Below are positions 10,535-20,964 of a stretch of DNA of 59,930 nucleotides, piece after piece. The notes under the pieces are model-generated. The model did no database searches. It saw only the letters and a program-made list of their open reading frames with translations, and had not been told where the DNA came from. The stretch is from an uncultured virus (IMG/VR IMGVR_UViG_3300038656_000077) (lineage: Duplodnaviria > Heunggongvirae > Uroviricota > Caudoviricetes). Position 1 is the first letter of the stretch. Every line of letters starts with the position of its first letter. The DNA lies in IMG/VR virus record IMGVR_UViG_3300038656_000077. One strand, written 5' to 3'. A program made the translations under genes and the position numbers.

Positions 10535-11013
10535 AATGGACACATAAGGGTAAAAAAGTTTCAACTCTGGATGACATACCTGAAGGAGTTGAACACTTTG
10601 TTTATCTTATAACAGACATTAACGGAAGGAAATACGTAGGTAAGAAACAGATAATGTCTACCCGTAAAGTTGAGATTTCAGAGAAAGATTATAGGAAATT
10701 AAAAAAAGAAGGGGAAGCCGTTACCAAAACCAAAAACAAAGCTAAAAGTAAGAAAGGTAATATTGTATGGCGATTTAAAAAAATAGTAGTTAAGGGTAAT
10801 AAATGGGAAGGCTACACAGGATCTTGCATACCGCTCAATAAAGAAATTAAAAAAGGTATGAGTTACAAAAAAGAAATATTATATTTTTGTAGAACAAAGA
10901 AGCAAGCTACATACTTTGAATTAAAAGAACAGTTTACAAGAGGTGTAATAGAAAACGACCTTTATTGGAATAAAAACATAATGAATAAATTCTTTAAAAA
11001 AGATCTGCCATAA
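10513..11013 (+). CDS. GIY-YIG-like endonuclease
   Basis: FVYLIT...KYVGKK, YTGS, KEIL, E...N motifs. Confidence 0.7.
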   Translation: MAAGRTVEWTHKGKKVSTLDDIPEGVEHFVYLITDINGRKYVGKKQIMSTRKVEISEKDYRKLKKEGEAVTKTKNKAKSKKGNIVWRFKKIVVKGNKWEGYTGSCIPLNKEIKKGMSYKKEILYFCRTKKQATYFELKEQFTRGVIENDLYWNKNIMNKFFKKDLP

Positions 11014-11079
11014 AAGTTTAATTTATTTCTTTACATTATATATTTTTCGTATATTTGGGTCAGTTCCAAAATATGTAAA

Positions 11080-11736
11080 ATGTCTACAAAAGAAAACAAA
11101 GAAAAAAGAAAATTGAAAAGCGAACCAAGATTCAAACTGCAACTTAATGAAGAACAAAAAGAAGCAGCAGCCGACTTTTATGAATACGATGTAAATTTTT
11201 TTCATGGAGATTTTGGCAGCGGAAAAACTCTTTTATCATGCTATCTAGCTTTATCATTTTTTAGAAAAAAGATGTGCAATAAAATAATCATAGCAAGACC
11301 TATTACTAAAAATTCAGTAGGACTTCTTCCAGGGGATATTTCAGAAAAACTCAATCCTTACATTGCACCCATAGTACACAACTTTAATATGTTACAAGCA
11401 GCGTCTTCTACACAGAAAATGATGGATAACAAAGATATAGAAATACTTCCTGTAGATTTTGCTAAGGGTATTACTTACACGGATGCTGTAGTTATTATTG
11501 ATGAGTATGAAGATTTAAATTACGAAGATTTTAGGATGATGCTTTCACGGTTGGGTAGAGACAGTAAAATTATTTTTTGTGGGTCAAAAGAACAAATCCA
11601 CAGAAGCATCAATAGCAAAAGTTGTATATTTGCTACAATGAAATTAGAAGACAGCGGTATTGTAGGTTATCATACACTGAAAGCAAATCACAGAAACCCA
11701 ATTATTAAAAAAGTAACAGATTTTTTAGAAAGATGA
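11080..11736 (+). CDS. phoH: PhoH-family ATPase
   Basis: GDFGSGKT, ARP, GLLPGDISEK, IIDE, RLG, HRNP. Confidence 0.9.
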   Translation: MSTKENKEKRKLKSEPRFKLQLNEEQKEAAADFYEYDVNFFHGDFGSGKTLLSCYLALSFFRKKMCNKIIIARPITKNSVGLLPGDISEKLNPYIAPIVHNFNMLQAASSTQKMMDNKDIEILPVDFAKGITYTDAVVIIDEYEDLNYEDFRMMLSRLGRDSKIIFCGSKEQIHRSINSKSCIFATMKLEDSGIVGYHTLKANHRNPIIKKVTDFLER

Positions 11737-12380
11737 AAATACACGTAAGAGGAGAAGAAATAAAGTTAAGAGGTCTTTTAGGATATATGAAAGATATAGG
11801 ATATGCTACTAGTACTGTTAGAGGATCTTTTAAAGGGCTGGAAATAAAAACTCTAGATAAAAAAGCTAAACCACTTTGTATTTGTGACAAAGGTTTTGAT
11901 GTAGAAGAAGATGCAGATGAAATATTTTCTTTTATTGATAGTTATATGGACTATTTACCAGAAGAAGAGGAACAATATGATTTTTGCGAGACAGCAACTG
12001 TCATAACAGATGGATGGGGAGACGATAGTCCAAAAAGGCTTAACCCAAAAACAGAAGAAAAAGGGGTAAAACACAACAAAGGCAAACTACCTTTAGATAA
12101 AGTTATGTTTACACAGTTTCCTAAAGCGATACAGGCTGTTTCTAAATGCAGTCTCTATGGACACTCAAAACAGTATGAAGATGCTGACTCGGATTGGCTA
12201 AACTTTAAAAGAGTATATGGTGGCAGTCAAACCTATGCAGATGCTTCTTTGCGACACTCTATAGACAAAGAAAAATTAAATGATAGTGGTTTACCACATA
12301 TATTCCATAAAGCTTGGAATGTATTAGCAGAGTTAGAATTATTTATAGAAGAGAATGACATTAAATTAAAAGACTTTTAA
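11733..12380 (+). CDS. DUF5664-like dATP/dGTP diphosphohydrolase domain protein
   Basis: GVKHNKGK...YGHSKQY...YADASLRH...DSGLPHIFHKAWN. Confidence 0.7.
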   Translation: MKIHVRGEEIKLRGLLGYMKDIGYATSTVRGSFKGLEIKTLDKKAKPLCICDKGFDVEEDADEIFSFIDSYMDYLPEEEEQYDFCETATVITDGWGDDSPKRLNPKTEEKGVKHNKGKLPLDKVMFTQFPKAIQAVSKCSLYGHSKQYEDADSDWLNFKRVYGGSQTYADASLRHSIDKEKLNDSGLPHIFHKAWNVLAELELFIEENDIKLKDF

Positions 12381-12381
12381 A

Positions 12382-12519
12382 ATGGCAGGAAAAAGAATTA
12401 GCTGGAAGTGGGGAGACAAAAGATATTATGGTACAGAAATACCTTCCAGAGAAACATCTACGCATAAGTTTGCAAGAACAGAAAATGGTAAAATTAAGAA
12501 AATCAAAAAGAAAAAATAA
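12382..12519 (+). CDS. Small basic hypothetical protein (45 aa)
   Basis: MAGKRISWKWGDKRYYG..., fills the gap exactly; not in the ORF track. Confidence 0.6.
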   Translation: MAGKRISWKWGDKRYYGTEIPSRETSTHKFARTENGKIKKIKKKK

Positions 12520-12902
12520 TGCTTATACCAATTACATATATAGATTCTAAATATTCTGAAACAGGAGAAGCAAAATTAAACGAAAGTTTATCTGACGATG
12601 TCGAACTAACGGCAGAAGAAAAAGAAAAAAGAGAGGAAAAACTCAGACAAAGAGAAATAGATAGAATTATTGGAAAAGTAGATGAAGAGGAAGAATTTCT
12701 TCATAAAGAACCAGAAATAGAGTTTAGGATAATTAAATTTCAAGATGATGATTTCATTTTCACAGAAAGAAAGGCATGTATAGATACTGAAGAAGTGTCT
12801 TATGCACATGAAACAGAACAGGGTTATACATCTATACTTACAAAAGGTAATAACACAATTTTAATAAAAGAATCTGTAGATTACTTGTTAAATCTAAAAT
12901 AA
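12519..12902 (+). CDS. Hypothetical protein
   Basis: 127 aa, coupled. Confidence 0.7.
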   Translation: MLIPITYIDSKYSETGEAKLNESLSDDVELTAEEKEKREEKLRQREIDRIIGKVDEEEEFLHKEPEIEFRIIKFQDDDFIFTERKACIDTEEVSYAHETEQGYTSILTKGNNTILIKESVDYLLNLK

Positions 12903-12938
12903 ATTCGTATATTTACAACAAATAATAAAACTATAATA

Positions 12939-13640
12939 ATGGCAGATAACAATTTAATGAAAGTAAATATTAAAAAGGGTACTTTCTATATTTCTTCTAA
13001 AGAAGATAAAGGCGAAGGTTGGGAAAAGAATGAGTTCCCTAATCCTCAAAACAAAGACGAAACCTTAGTAAGGTATCACAGAGAGCTCTCTATAGAAGGT
13101 AAAATTAATTATCTGGCTATGAAAGAAGATAGATTTGCAGGAAATGTGATGTCTCTAATCGTCAATAATAAGGAGAAAAATGAAAGCTATTCCTTACAAA
13201 TACCTATTATGAATACGGGAGGAACAGTTCGGACTACTAACCAGTATTTTAATTCTATTGCAGGAGTCTTTAAAAATGTAAAAAAGGGAGACACAATTAC
13301 AATGTTTGTCAATAACAAAAAAAAGGACAAAGACGATAGGCTGTATAGAAATATAGTAGTACTGAACGAAGATAATAATCTTATTAAATCTGATTTCAGT
13401 TTTATGGACTCTCCAAAGTGGGCGGTGTCTATTACCGAAGATGAATTTGGTAAAGAGGTTAAAAAATATGATGCAACAGAGTCTAATAAATTCTATATAG
13501 AGAAGTTTAAAGAGTCCATAGCAAGCTTTGAAGCATCACAGGCTAAAGACCCTATTCCAGAGCCAAAGGATACTGCAAAAGAAGAAAAAGATTATACTCC
13601 TCATGAAGAAGTAGATGAGGATGATGACCTTCCATTTTAA
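12939..13640 (+). CDS. Probable single-stranded DNA-binding protein
   Basis: Acidic tail EDDDLPF. Confidence 0.65.
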   Translation: MADNNLMKVNIKKGTFYISSKEDKGEGWEKNEFPNPQNKDETLVRYHRELSIEGKINYLAMKEDRFAGNVMSLIVNNKEKNESYSLQIPIMNTGGTVRTTNQYFNSIAGVFKNVKKGDTITMFVNNKKKDKDDRLYRNIVVLNEDNNLIKSDFSFMDSPKWAVSITEDEFGKEVKKYDATESNKFYIEKFKESIASFEASQAKDPIPEPKDTAKEEKDYTPHEEVDEDDDLPF

Positions 13641-13736
13641 GAATTAGTGTCCCATTAACATATTAAGTTTTAACAGTAAAATCAGAGGGTGAAAATATTC
13701 CCTCTGTTCCCTGGATAAACCGATAAATAAAAAACC

Positions 13737-14018
13737 ATGAATATAGAGCAAAAAAAACAAATGGAAGCAAATTGGATGATTCCAATGTTATTTCACAAAT
13801 CAAACTTAAACCGAGTAAAAAAAGGTACAGGTGCTTACCATGTTATACATGTGAAAAATCATGTAAGAAAAAAAGGTGGTAAAGTAGACTGTTTACTTAT
13901 CCGTGGGGAAGAAGGTGAGGTAAAGTACGGTGGTAGTGGTAAAGACTTCAACCAATGGACAGAAGAAGATTATACAAACGCTATAAACAGCTATAATAAT
14001 GAGTTCAGCAAAAATTAA
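13737..14018 (+). CDS. Hypothetical protein
   Basis: 93 aa. Confidence 0.6.
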   Translation: MNIEQKKQMEANWMIPMLFHKSNLNRVKKGTGAYHVIHVKNHVRKKGGKVDCLLIRGEEGEVKYGGSGKDFNQWTEEDYTNAINSYNNEFSKN

Positions 14019-14143
14019 AGACACTTACGACTCTTTGCTTAAAAACGGTGATCTACTAGACATGTTTCCGATGTTAGAAGGGCAGTGGCCAAAAGATAAA
14101 GACACGTTTACAGAAATGTTTCTATTAAATTCTGAAATTTTAA

Positions 14144-14407
14144 ATGAAGATTGATGTTATTTTACTTACGAAAATAATAAAAGAAGCCAATATAAACACA
14201 AATAAATTGGAAATAAATACTGTTGTAAGACATCTTGAAAACAACACTGAAGAGCACATAATCTACAAATATGCAGACAAAGATTACATGGCCGCTGTAA
14301 TAAAATACTTTGAAGAAATTGAAAATTACAAAAAGTGTCAAAGTCTCTATTATTTAGTTGACACTTACAATAAACTTCACGGAGAAAATATAAAAACTAA
14401 ATTGTAG
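14144..14407 (+). CDS. Hypothetical protein
   Basis: 87 aa; terminator hairpin at 14430-14457. Confidence 0.6.
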   Translation: MKIDVILLTKIIKEANINTNKLEINTVVRHLENNTEEHIIYKYADKDYMAAVIKYFEEIENYKKCQSLYYLVDTYNKLHGENIKTKL

Positions 14408-14506
14408 CAAATAAATATAATTTAATTCGAACCCTTAATTAATTTTAAGGGTTTTTTAACGTCTAAACTTAAAGTTTATTTGTATTTTTGTAAAAAACAT
14501 TAGATA

Positions 14507-14761
14507 GTGGATATTTATAAAAAAATAGAGCAAGAGCTACAATACGAAGAGTTACAAAAAGAAAATATAAAACTATATACGTTGTCTCACGACATAGGTA
14601 TAACTTTTTCCAAATTTAAAGCATATTTTCCAGAAGAAGTTTTAGATGAAGATGATTGGATAATGATGTTTGAAGGATGGTGTCACTATTTAAAAAGTGT
14701 AAAAGAAAAGTATAGAAATGTAGAAGCCTACAAGAAAGAATTAGACTTAAACCTCGAATAG
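14507..14761 (+). CDS. Hypothetical protein
   Basis: 84 aa. Confidence 0.55.
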   Translation: MDIYKKIEQELQYEELQKENIKLYTLSHDIGITFSKFKAYFPEEVLDEDDWIMMFEGWCHYLKSVKEKYRNVEAYKKELDLNLE

Positions 14762-14866
14762 TTGAAAATTCGATTATAACCTCAATTTTAACGTTTTTTG
14801 TATATATTTCAAACTTTGAATGAACAAATAGCTTAAATAGATGCAAAATTAAATAAATATAAAATT

Positions 14867-15065
14867 ATGAAACAACCTGTAAGAATATTCAAATGCCCTT
14901 GTGGGGGGGAACAAATTTAAATTGGCTGGAATGCCGAACGATAAACCAACTCTGAAAGAAAAGCTATAATATGGGGAATACATTGCAGCAGGATGTTCTG
15001 TACTTACAATACCATTAGAACAATTTAGGGCTGAAAAATGGGAATGGTGTGAAAAGCATTTCTAA
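14867..15065 (+). pseudogene. Decayed small cassette gene followed by an orphan attC-like arm
   Basis: MKQPVRIFKCPCGG, frameshift in a G7 run and an internal TAA, ...EKWEWCEKHF*; then GCTAACGTTTAGTATATGA (15072-15090). Confidence 0.5.
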
Positions 15066-15282
15066 ATGTTTGCTAACGTTTAGTATATGATTTCGGGCTT
15101 TAGTTGAGCCAAATATTAACAGATAAAAACAAAATTATGAATAATAATAAAAAACCTAAAAAAATAGAAAACTACAACTTAAATAACTTTGTTTTTGATG
15201 CTACAAAAACCTCAAGAATACCCCTTACCTAATAATACATAAAGAAAAGACTAGCTTAGTCTACACTAGAGACAAGCCCCTT

Positions 15283-15329
15283 AAAAGTTGTGTGCTTTAA
15301 AAAAGTTGTGTTTTTTGAAAAAGTTGTGT
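15283..15329. repeat. 3 x AAAAGTTGTGT at exact 18-bp period
   Basis: Copies start at 15283, 15301 and 15319; followed by C-rich tracts. Confidence 0.85.
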
Positions 15330-15579
15330 GCGGGGGCAACTGCAGACCTTCTATAGACAAAACCCCCCAAGAAATTTTTGAGTTTTTCCCTACCCCCCTA
15401 TCTATATATCAAAAGACCCCCACCCCCTCTTAAAAGCTTTTAAAATAAGTTTGAGTAAAAAATAAAGTTTTTTAAAAATTTAACATTTTGTTAAGATATT
15501 TAAGTGATAAGGTTTTGTATCTTTGGATAAGAAAGGAGTTTACACTGACCTCCTGTAATTTAACAAAAATTTTAACACT

Positions 15580-15936
15580 ATGAAATTACTAAAAATGACT
15601 ACCGAAGATTTTTTAAACAAGCTAAAGTCGTTAACTTTTAAGAACTATGAAGGTAGTGATAAGCTAATTACGGACTTAAAAACGGGTTTAACACTTTCTT
15701 ATTATACGACAAAAAATGATGGTAAACCTCAAATAGTGATGTATATAAGCGACACAAAGACAAATGCACATTTGCAATCGTGGGGGGCTGAAAACCTAGA
15801 GGATAATAATAAGATAATCGACTTTTTCGTTAGTGAAGTATCAAAGCTAATTGAGCTACCTTATGAGGAAAAAGAAAAAGGACTTAAAGCACAAAGAGAA
15901 GCCAAAGCAAAGTTAATCAAATTTTTAGAGAGCTAA
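15580..15936 (+). CDS. Hypothetical early protein
   Basis: 118 aa, AACACTATG start. Confidence 0.7.
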   Translation: MKLLKMTTEDFLNKLKSLTFKNYEGSDKLITDLKTGLTLSYYTTKNDGKPQIVMYISDTKTNAHLQSWGAENLEDNNKIIDFFVSEVSKLIELPYEEKEKGLKAQREAKAKLIKFLES

Positions 15937-16004
15937 ATAAACACCATTAAACGCCGTTCCTCATTGGTTTGGGGGGCGGTATCTAACTTTAAAACACTAC
16001 AACA

Positions 16005-16478
16005 ATGCAATATTTTAAAGACTGTACTACATTAGATGAAGCTAAAAAAGTTTATAGGACTTTATTAATGCAGTATCATCCCGATAAACAAGCGGGAAGC
16101 CATACCAAAACTATTGATTTAATTAACCAATTTAAAACTTTCCGACCAAAGGTTAATAACGGTAAAAATCAAAACTTTGACTTTGATAAATTCCACGACC
16201 TTGTGATGAAGTTTGAAAACTTAAACAATTTAACTATTAGTTTTGTGGGGAGTTGGATATGGATAGAGGGAGATACCTATAGCCAAAAAGATAAGATAAA
16301 AGCTATTGTGATAGAGGGTTACAATACTGCCCATTTCGCTTCAAAGAAAAAAGCGTGGTATATAGCACCTAAACAGAAGGGGAAAAAGAGGAGGTCAAGC
16401 GGTAAGTCATTAGAGACTATAAAAGCGACCTATGGTAATCAAACCTATAAGACCAAAAAGATTAAGAAAATAGCATAA
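16005..16478 (+). CDS. DnaJ (J-domain) protein
   Basis: AKKVYRTLLMQYHPDK. Confidence 0.8.
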   Translation: MQYFKDCTTLDEAKKVYRTLLMQYHPDKQAGSHTKTIDLINQFKTFRPKVNNGKNQNFDFDKFHDLVMKFENLNNLTISFVGSWIWIEGDTYSQKDKIKAIVIEGYNTAHFASKKKAWYIAPKQKGKKRRSSGKSLETIKATYGNQTYKTKKIKKIA

Positions 16479-16552
16479 TATTTTAACAGTCCTTTAGCAT
16501 TTTATAAGGTTAAAAATGCTTATCTTTGTAACGAACTCAAAAACAAAACACT

Positions 16553-16867
16553 ATGAAACTACTACCAAAAATCTACGGTCAAAATAACTACCCTTTACAT
16601 AGAGGGAGTAATTACAGGGTTGTAGATATTAAAACAAGTAATAACGGCTATTTAATTACTAAACTTTCCGATTTTGCTAGTGTTCAAAAAATAAAGTTAG
16701 TTTATAATAAAAACGGTTTTTCAAAAGCGACTGTTAAGGTAAATACTAATTATAGAACACCATACAGTTACACGCTATATTTTGATAATAAAGGTAACGA
16801 AATAATATCAAAAGATAACAGCGATTCAAAAGAGCGTAAAATGTGGCTAGATTTACAAAAAGATTAA
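16553..16867 (+). CDS. Hypothetical early protein
   Basis: Own promoter, AAACACTATG start. Confidence 0.7.
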   Translation: MKLLPKIYGQNNYPLHRGSNYRVVDIKTSNNGYLITKLSDFASVQKIKLVYNKNGFSKATVKVNTNYRTPYSYTLYFDNKGNEIISKDNSDSKERKMWLDLQKD

Positions 16868-16936
16868 CAAACTATTAAGAAGGTGAAACCCTCTTAATTG
16901 GGGATTTATTCTTATCTTTACATAAAATAAAACACT

Positions 16937-17149
16937 ATGAAAAAAGCATTTTTGACTATCAAAGGAGTAAGAATTTTGGGTTCTGACGGGTTAATGTTTA
17001 TAGATGGTAGGTATAACCTAAGATCACAAATAAACGCAGTAGAGCAAAGAAACGAAAGGTTTAAAAAGAATTTTCCTCATAAGGTAGCCGATGGATTCTA
17101 TATAGTAGATGAAAGGTTAAACCAAGTAGGAGATATCATAAATCTTTAA
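16937..17149 (+). CDS. Hypothetical early protein
   Basis: Own promoter, AAACACTATG start. Confidence 0.7.
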   Translation: MKKAFLTIKGVRILGSDGLMFIDGRYNLRSQINAVEQRNERFKKNFPHKVADGFYIVDERLNQVGDIINL

Positions 17150-17475
17150 CAAACTATTAACAAAATAAATCCTCGTAATTGGGGATTTATTTTTATCTTT
17201 ACATAAAATAAAACACTATGAAACTATTATTATCATCAAAAAGTAAAACAGGCGTAATAAGATTATTAAATGCTCATTTCTATTCAACTACCTACGATAT
17301 TATGGGCGACCTTGTGACGTGGAAAGGAGGGCAAATAAAAGATAATTTGACCTATAAAGTCAAGAAAGGAAGGCATCTAATTTATCAAAGCTAATTTAAC
17401 AAACTATTAACAAAATAAATCCTCGTAATTGGGGATTTATCCTTATCTTTGTAACGAACTCAAAAACAAAACACT

Positions 17476-17835
17476 ATGATAACCACTTACTACACTTTTT
17501 ACGAAAACATTATTTTGAACGCTATTGATTTGGAGTCGTTCAATATTGACACAAAAGACTTAAATGGCAAGCAACAAATTGATGAGGTTTACAGTATATT
17601 TTTAAGGGAATATGGGCACGAAATTACTAGGCAAGGTAGTAAGAAAAAAGCTTTTACCAGCTATTTAAGCGGTTTGCCAACTGTTTTAGACGTTCCTTTT
17701 ATGAATTATCATATATTAAAGAACGCAAAGGATAAAGGTTTTAATTTAACGACCGAAAAAGAGGAGGAATATTTTTTGAATAATTATTTTACAAACCTAG
17801 CGGTCGCATTTTTCGACCTCAAAGAAAATTTATAA
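17476..17835 (+). CDS. Hypothetical early protein, paralogue of 20288-20656
   Basis: Shared TFYE..IL.AI.L, GLP..L.VP.MN..IL, AFF.LK.NL. Confidence 0.75.
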   Translation: MITTYYTFYENIILNAIDLESFNIDTKDLNGKQQIDEVYSIFLREYGHEITRQGSKKKAFTSYLSGLPTVLDVPFMNYHILKNAKDKGFNLTTEKEEEYFLNNYFTNLAVAFFDLKENL

Positions 17836-18037
17836 TTTTATTAACATTAATAACCCTCAAATAGTTGTATCTTTGAGGGTAAATTAAAAACACTATGAAA
17901 AAGCAAATAAAAGACTACTTAAAACACTTAAATACTTATAAGGCGGTTTATATACCTATCTTTATAATAATAACGGTTTTAATTAGTGTAATGGCGTACT
18001 TAAATTATTTTATTAACTCTTTATTATTTTAAGCACT

Positions 18038-18229
18038 ATGGAATTTCAAACGATTGAACAACAAATTGAAAGATTAGTATATGACAATATTACTGAACCC
18101 CCTTCAAGGCTTATAAGCATCTTAAAGGCTAAAGGCTTCGATTATGTGGTATCAAGAAAAGGCGCAAAGGTAGTGTATATAGTCAGACCACTAAAAAGAA
18201 ATGGTAAAAAATATAAGGTGAAACTTTAA
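18038..18229 (+). CDS. Small basic protein, paralogue of 20724-20906
   Basis: M.F.TI.QQ ... GA.V.YI.R ... KL. Confidence 0.7.
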   Translation: MEFQTIEQQIERLVYDNITEPPSRLISILKAKGFDYVVSRKGAKVVYIVRPLKRNGKKYKVKL

Positions 18230-18305
18230 TGTTTCGTTAACACTATAAACTAAATATTATCCTTATCTTTGTATCAAATAATAATAATTAAAAAACACTA
18301 TCACT

Positions 18306-18596
18306 ATGAAACTATCAACATTAAAGAGTAGATTAAAAGGTTTTGGAAAAACTTACAATCTTACTACAGTCAGCGGGAAGGAAGTACCTAACCAATTAAT
18401 AACGGACTTTGATAATGGCAGAGTATTTATAAGCTATAACAGTATAATAGCTATCAATTACAAAGGCAAAATATATCTAACTGATAAATGGGACTATTCA
18501 GCTACTACAGGCAAGTATAGAAACCAATTTTTAAATGAAGGTATAGCCGATACAAGGGAAAAAATCAAAAGCGGCATATACAAGCTAGTCAAGTAA
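18306..18596 (+). CDS. Phage early protein (hypothetical)
   Basis: F.SY.SIIA...WDYSATTGKYRNQFL motif. Confidence 0.7.
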   Translation: MKLSTLKSRLKGFGKTYNLTTVSGKEVPNQLITDFDNGRVFISYNSIIAINYKGKIYLTDKWDYSATTGKYRNQFLNEGIADTREKIKSGIYKLVK

Positions 18597-18903
18597 TTTA
18601 ATAAAACTAAAATTATGAAAACATTATACTACATACTAAACACAAAAACAGATCAAAGTTTTGACACAATGGAAATGAAATTTTACTCTAATAGCTGGGA
18701 GCCTGAAATGGAAGAGGATAAAGAGTATTTACAAAGATTGATCGACGACTACCCCGAAAGATTTGAAAACTGTATCATCGCCAGTAGATAATAACAGTTA
18801 TTACAAACTAATTAATAAGGATGTACTTAAAGGGATAGTAAACACACTAGCCCCTATTGTATAGAGGGGGGATGCAATACCCGCCACAAAGTAAGCACAA
18901 CAA

Positions 18904-19104
18904 ATGCAAAAGAATAAAACAAAAGTATACAAAGACTATATAAGGTACGTACTAATAGACCATAGGGATAACACTGCAACGGTTTACCACTATAAAAAGG
19001 ATATAAGTAAGGTTATAGGTATAACGGTAAGGACTCTAACCCGTAATAAGGTTTACTCAAAAGGTAATTTTAGTATGTACACAATAAAAGAACTAAAAAT
19101 ATAG
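18904..19104 (+). CDS. Small basic protein, possible HTH
   Basis: ISKVIGITVRTL. Confidence 0.55.
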   Translation: MQKNKTKVYKDYIRYVLIDHRDNTATVYHYKKDISKVIGITVRTLTRNKVYSKGNFSMYTIKELKI

Positions 19105-19220
19105 CAAAATGTCGTGTTTTATACCCTATATGGCTACAAACACGACACTTCAATTAATTTTTCATAGTGTTTTAGTGTTTGACCTCAGCAGTTTAGTAGT
19201 GTTTTCTGTTGAGGTTTTTT
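19105..19220 (+). ncRNA. Candidate antisense sRNA / 3' UTR ending in an intrinsic terminator
   Basis: 5' hairpin GTCGTGTTT/AAACACGAC, 3 x TAGTGTTT, terminator ACCTCAGCAG/CTGTTGAGGT plus T-run. Confidence 0.45.
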
Positions 19221-20287
19221 ATTTTAACCCCTTGAAACACAATAATATAGGCTATTTTTAAAGGCGGTTTGTCTCTTTATGGTATAATAAGCCATTGAGG
19301 AGGCAATAAGCGACGCAAAGGAATAACAAACGGTTAAACCATCATTAGTATATATAAGCATAGTAGTAAAATAGAAAATTTAAGAGGAAATTGACGAAAG
19401 TTAAATGTTTGGGAGGGTGCGTGTTTACTAGGGTTTGGACACTTTTGACCCCCAACCACGCCCTATATACAACTTACCTATTGCAAGCCCCTCCATATAC
19501 GTTCGCTATACCTTATATACTTACTTACCTTATTGTTATTTTCTTTTTTGTTTCTTTCTTTTATCTTTGTTATTTTTGTTTTGGTTTTGTTAGTTTGTTT
19601 TGATGTTCTGTTTTATTATCCTGCGGCGAGGATTTAATACTTTAAATTGTGTGTTTAGTTATTGCAGTAGTTTATGACTATAAATAATACTAACTACAAG
19701 CCATTTAAGCTACTTTTTAGCCATTTACAGAGGGTTACAAGTTTAGTATATATTCTATATTCAAAAAAGATAGTTAGCTTATTGTAGATAGCTTAAAAAG
19801 ATTTATGATTTTATTAACTTTATTAATCAATTATTGTTTGTATCTTTGTATTGAACTAAAAAATAAAACACCATGAAAAATATTAATTACATTACAGTAA
19901 TAGCCTATTTTATCCTTATGATAATAGGAGCATATCTAATTGAACAGGCTAATTTTAACGGACTGTATTTTATTTGTGGAGGGATAGCGGTTTTAGTCCT
20001 CGCAAGATTTAGTAAACTTTTAAGAGATTATTAACAGTTAGAACCATTTTCTTTACATAAATATTAAAACAATATGAAAAAGTTTGAAACAGTACTAGTA
20101 AACACCTTTTTCACTAAGGAGGAATTAAGTGATATGCAAGACCTTATTAATAATGGTTTTGACGTACAAGAGGACGAAATTAATATTTTGATTGATGCCT
20201 TAATATACGATAATATTTAACAACCCATTAACACAATTATCTAATAATTAGCCTTATCTTTGTAAGGAACAAAAACAATAAAACACT

Positions 20288-20656
20288 ATGAAAACGTTAA
20301 CATTTTACGAAACTACAATTTTAGATGCTATCAGTTTAAATGGTATAGAAATAAAGGACGAAGCCAACATAAAAACCCTTGATAAGTTAAGGGATAAGTT
20401 AAGGGCAGTTTATGAGATATTTTTAAGTGAGTATATACACGAGTATAACGAACATATACCAAGAGAACACCTTTTTAAAGAATGGATGATGGGTTTACCC
20501 TCCGCATTAGAAGTACCATCTATGAACCATGAAATTTTAATTAATGTTACAGAATCGGGCTTTAATATGTTATCTGAAGAAGTAGAGGACAGTATTTTAA
20601 GTACTTACTGGGAAAGATGCGCAAAAGCTTTTTTTACTCTAAAAGATAACCTATAA
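20288..20656 (+). CDS. Hypothetical early protein, paralogue of 17476-17835
   Basis: See paralogue. Confidence 0.75.
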   Translation: MKTLTFYETTILDAISLNGIEIKDEANIKTLDKLRDKLRAVYEIFLSEYIHEYNEHIPREHLFKEWMMGLPSALEVPSMNHEILINVTESGFNMLSEEVEDSILSTYWERCAKAFFTLKDNL

Positions 20657-20723
20657 AAAAGGCAGTCCTTAAAGGTTATACGGTTAAACCCTTATTTTTT
20701 CTAACCTCAAATAAATACTACCT

Positions 20724-20906
20724 ATGGACTTTATTACAATAGATCAACAAGCAAGAGAAGCAGTAAAACTATATGCGGGCGCACCTATAGAGTTAACGAA
20801 ACAGTTAAACAAATTAGGCATAAGATACGTAAAAGTCCAAAGGGGAGCGAGTGTAAGGTATATATTAAGGGGCGAGAAGATAAGAAGAACTGAAATAAAA
20901 CTTTAA
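20724..20906 (+). CDS. Small basic protein, paralogue of 18038-18229
   Basis: See paralogue. Confidence 0.7.
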   Translation: MDFITIDQQAREAVKLYAGAPIELTKQLNKLGIRYVKVQRGASVRYILRGEKIRRTEIKL

Positions 20907-20964
20907 CTTAGTATTGGGAACTATAACCAGTAAATAGTATTATCTTTACAGAAACAAAAACACT

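Noticed and set aside
11733..12380. 2-aminoadenine (Z-genome) pathway suggested by the DUF5664-like and MazG-like genes
   Set aside because: No PurZ-like gene in the window; these domains are common in unmodified phages.
16864..17478. Near-identical repeats as a CRISPR array
   Set aside because: Spacers are whole genes of about 180-210 bp and the repeats contain promoter and start-codon motifs; no cas operon.
19391..19603. 70-aa ORF
   Set aside because: Low-complexity T-rich sequence, TTG start, lacks the early start motif.
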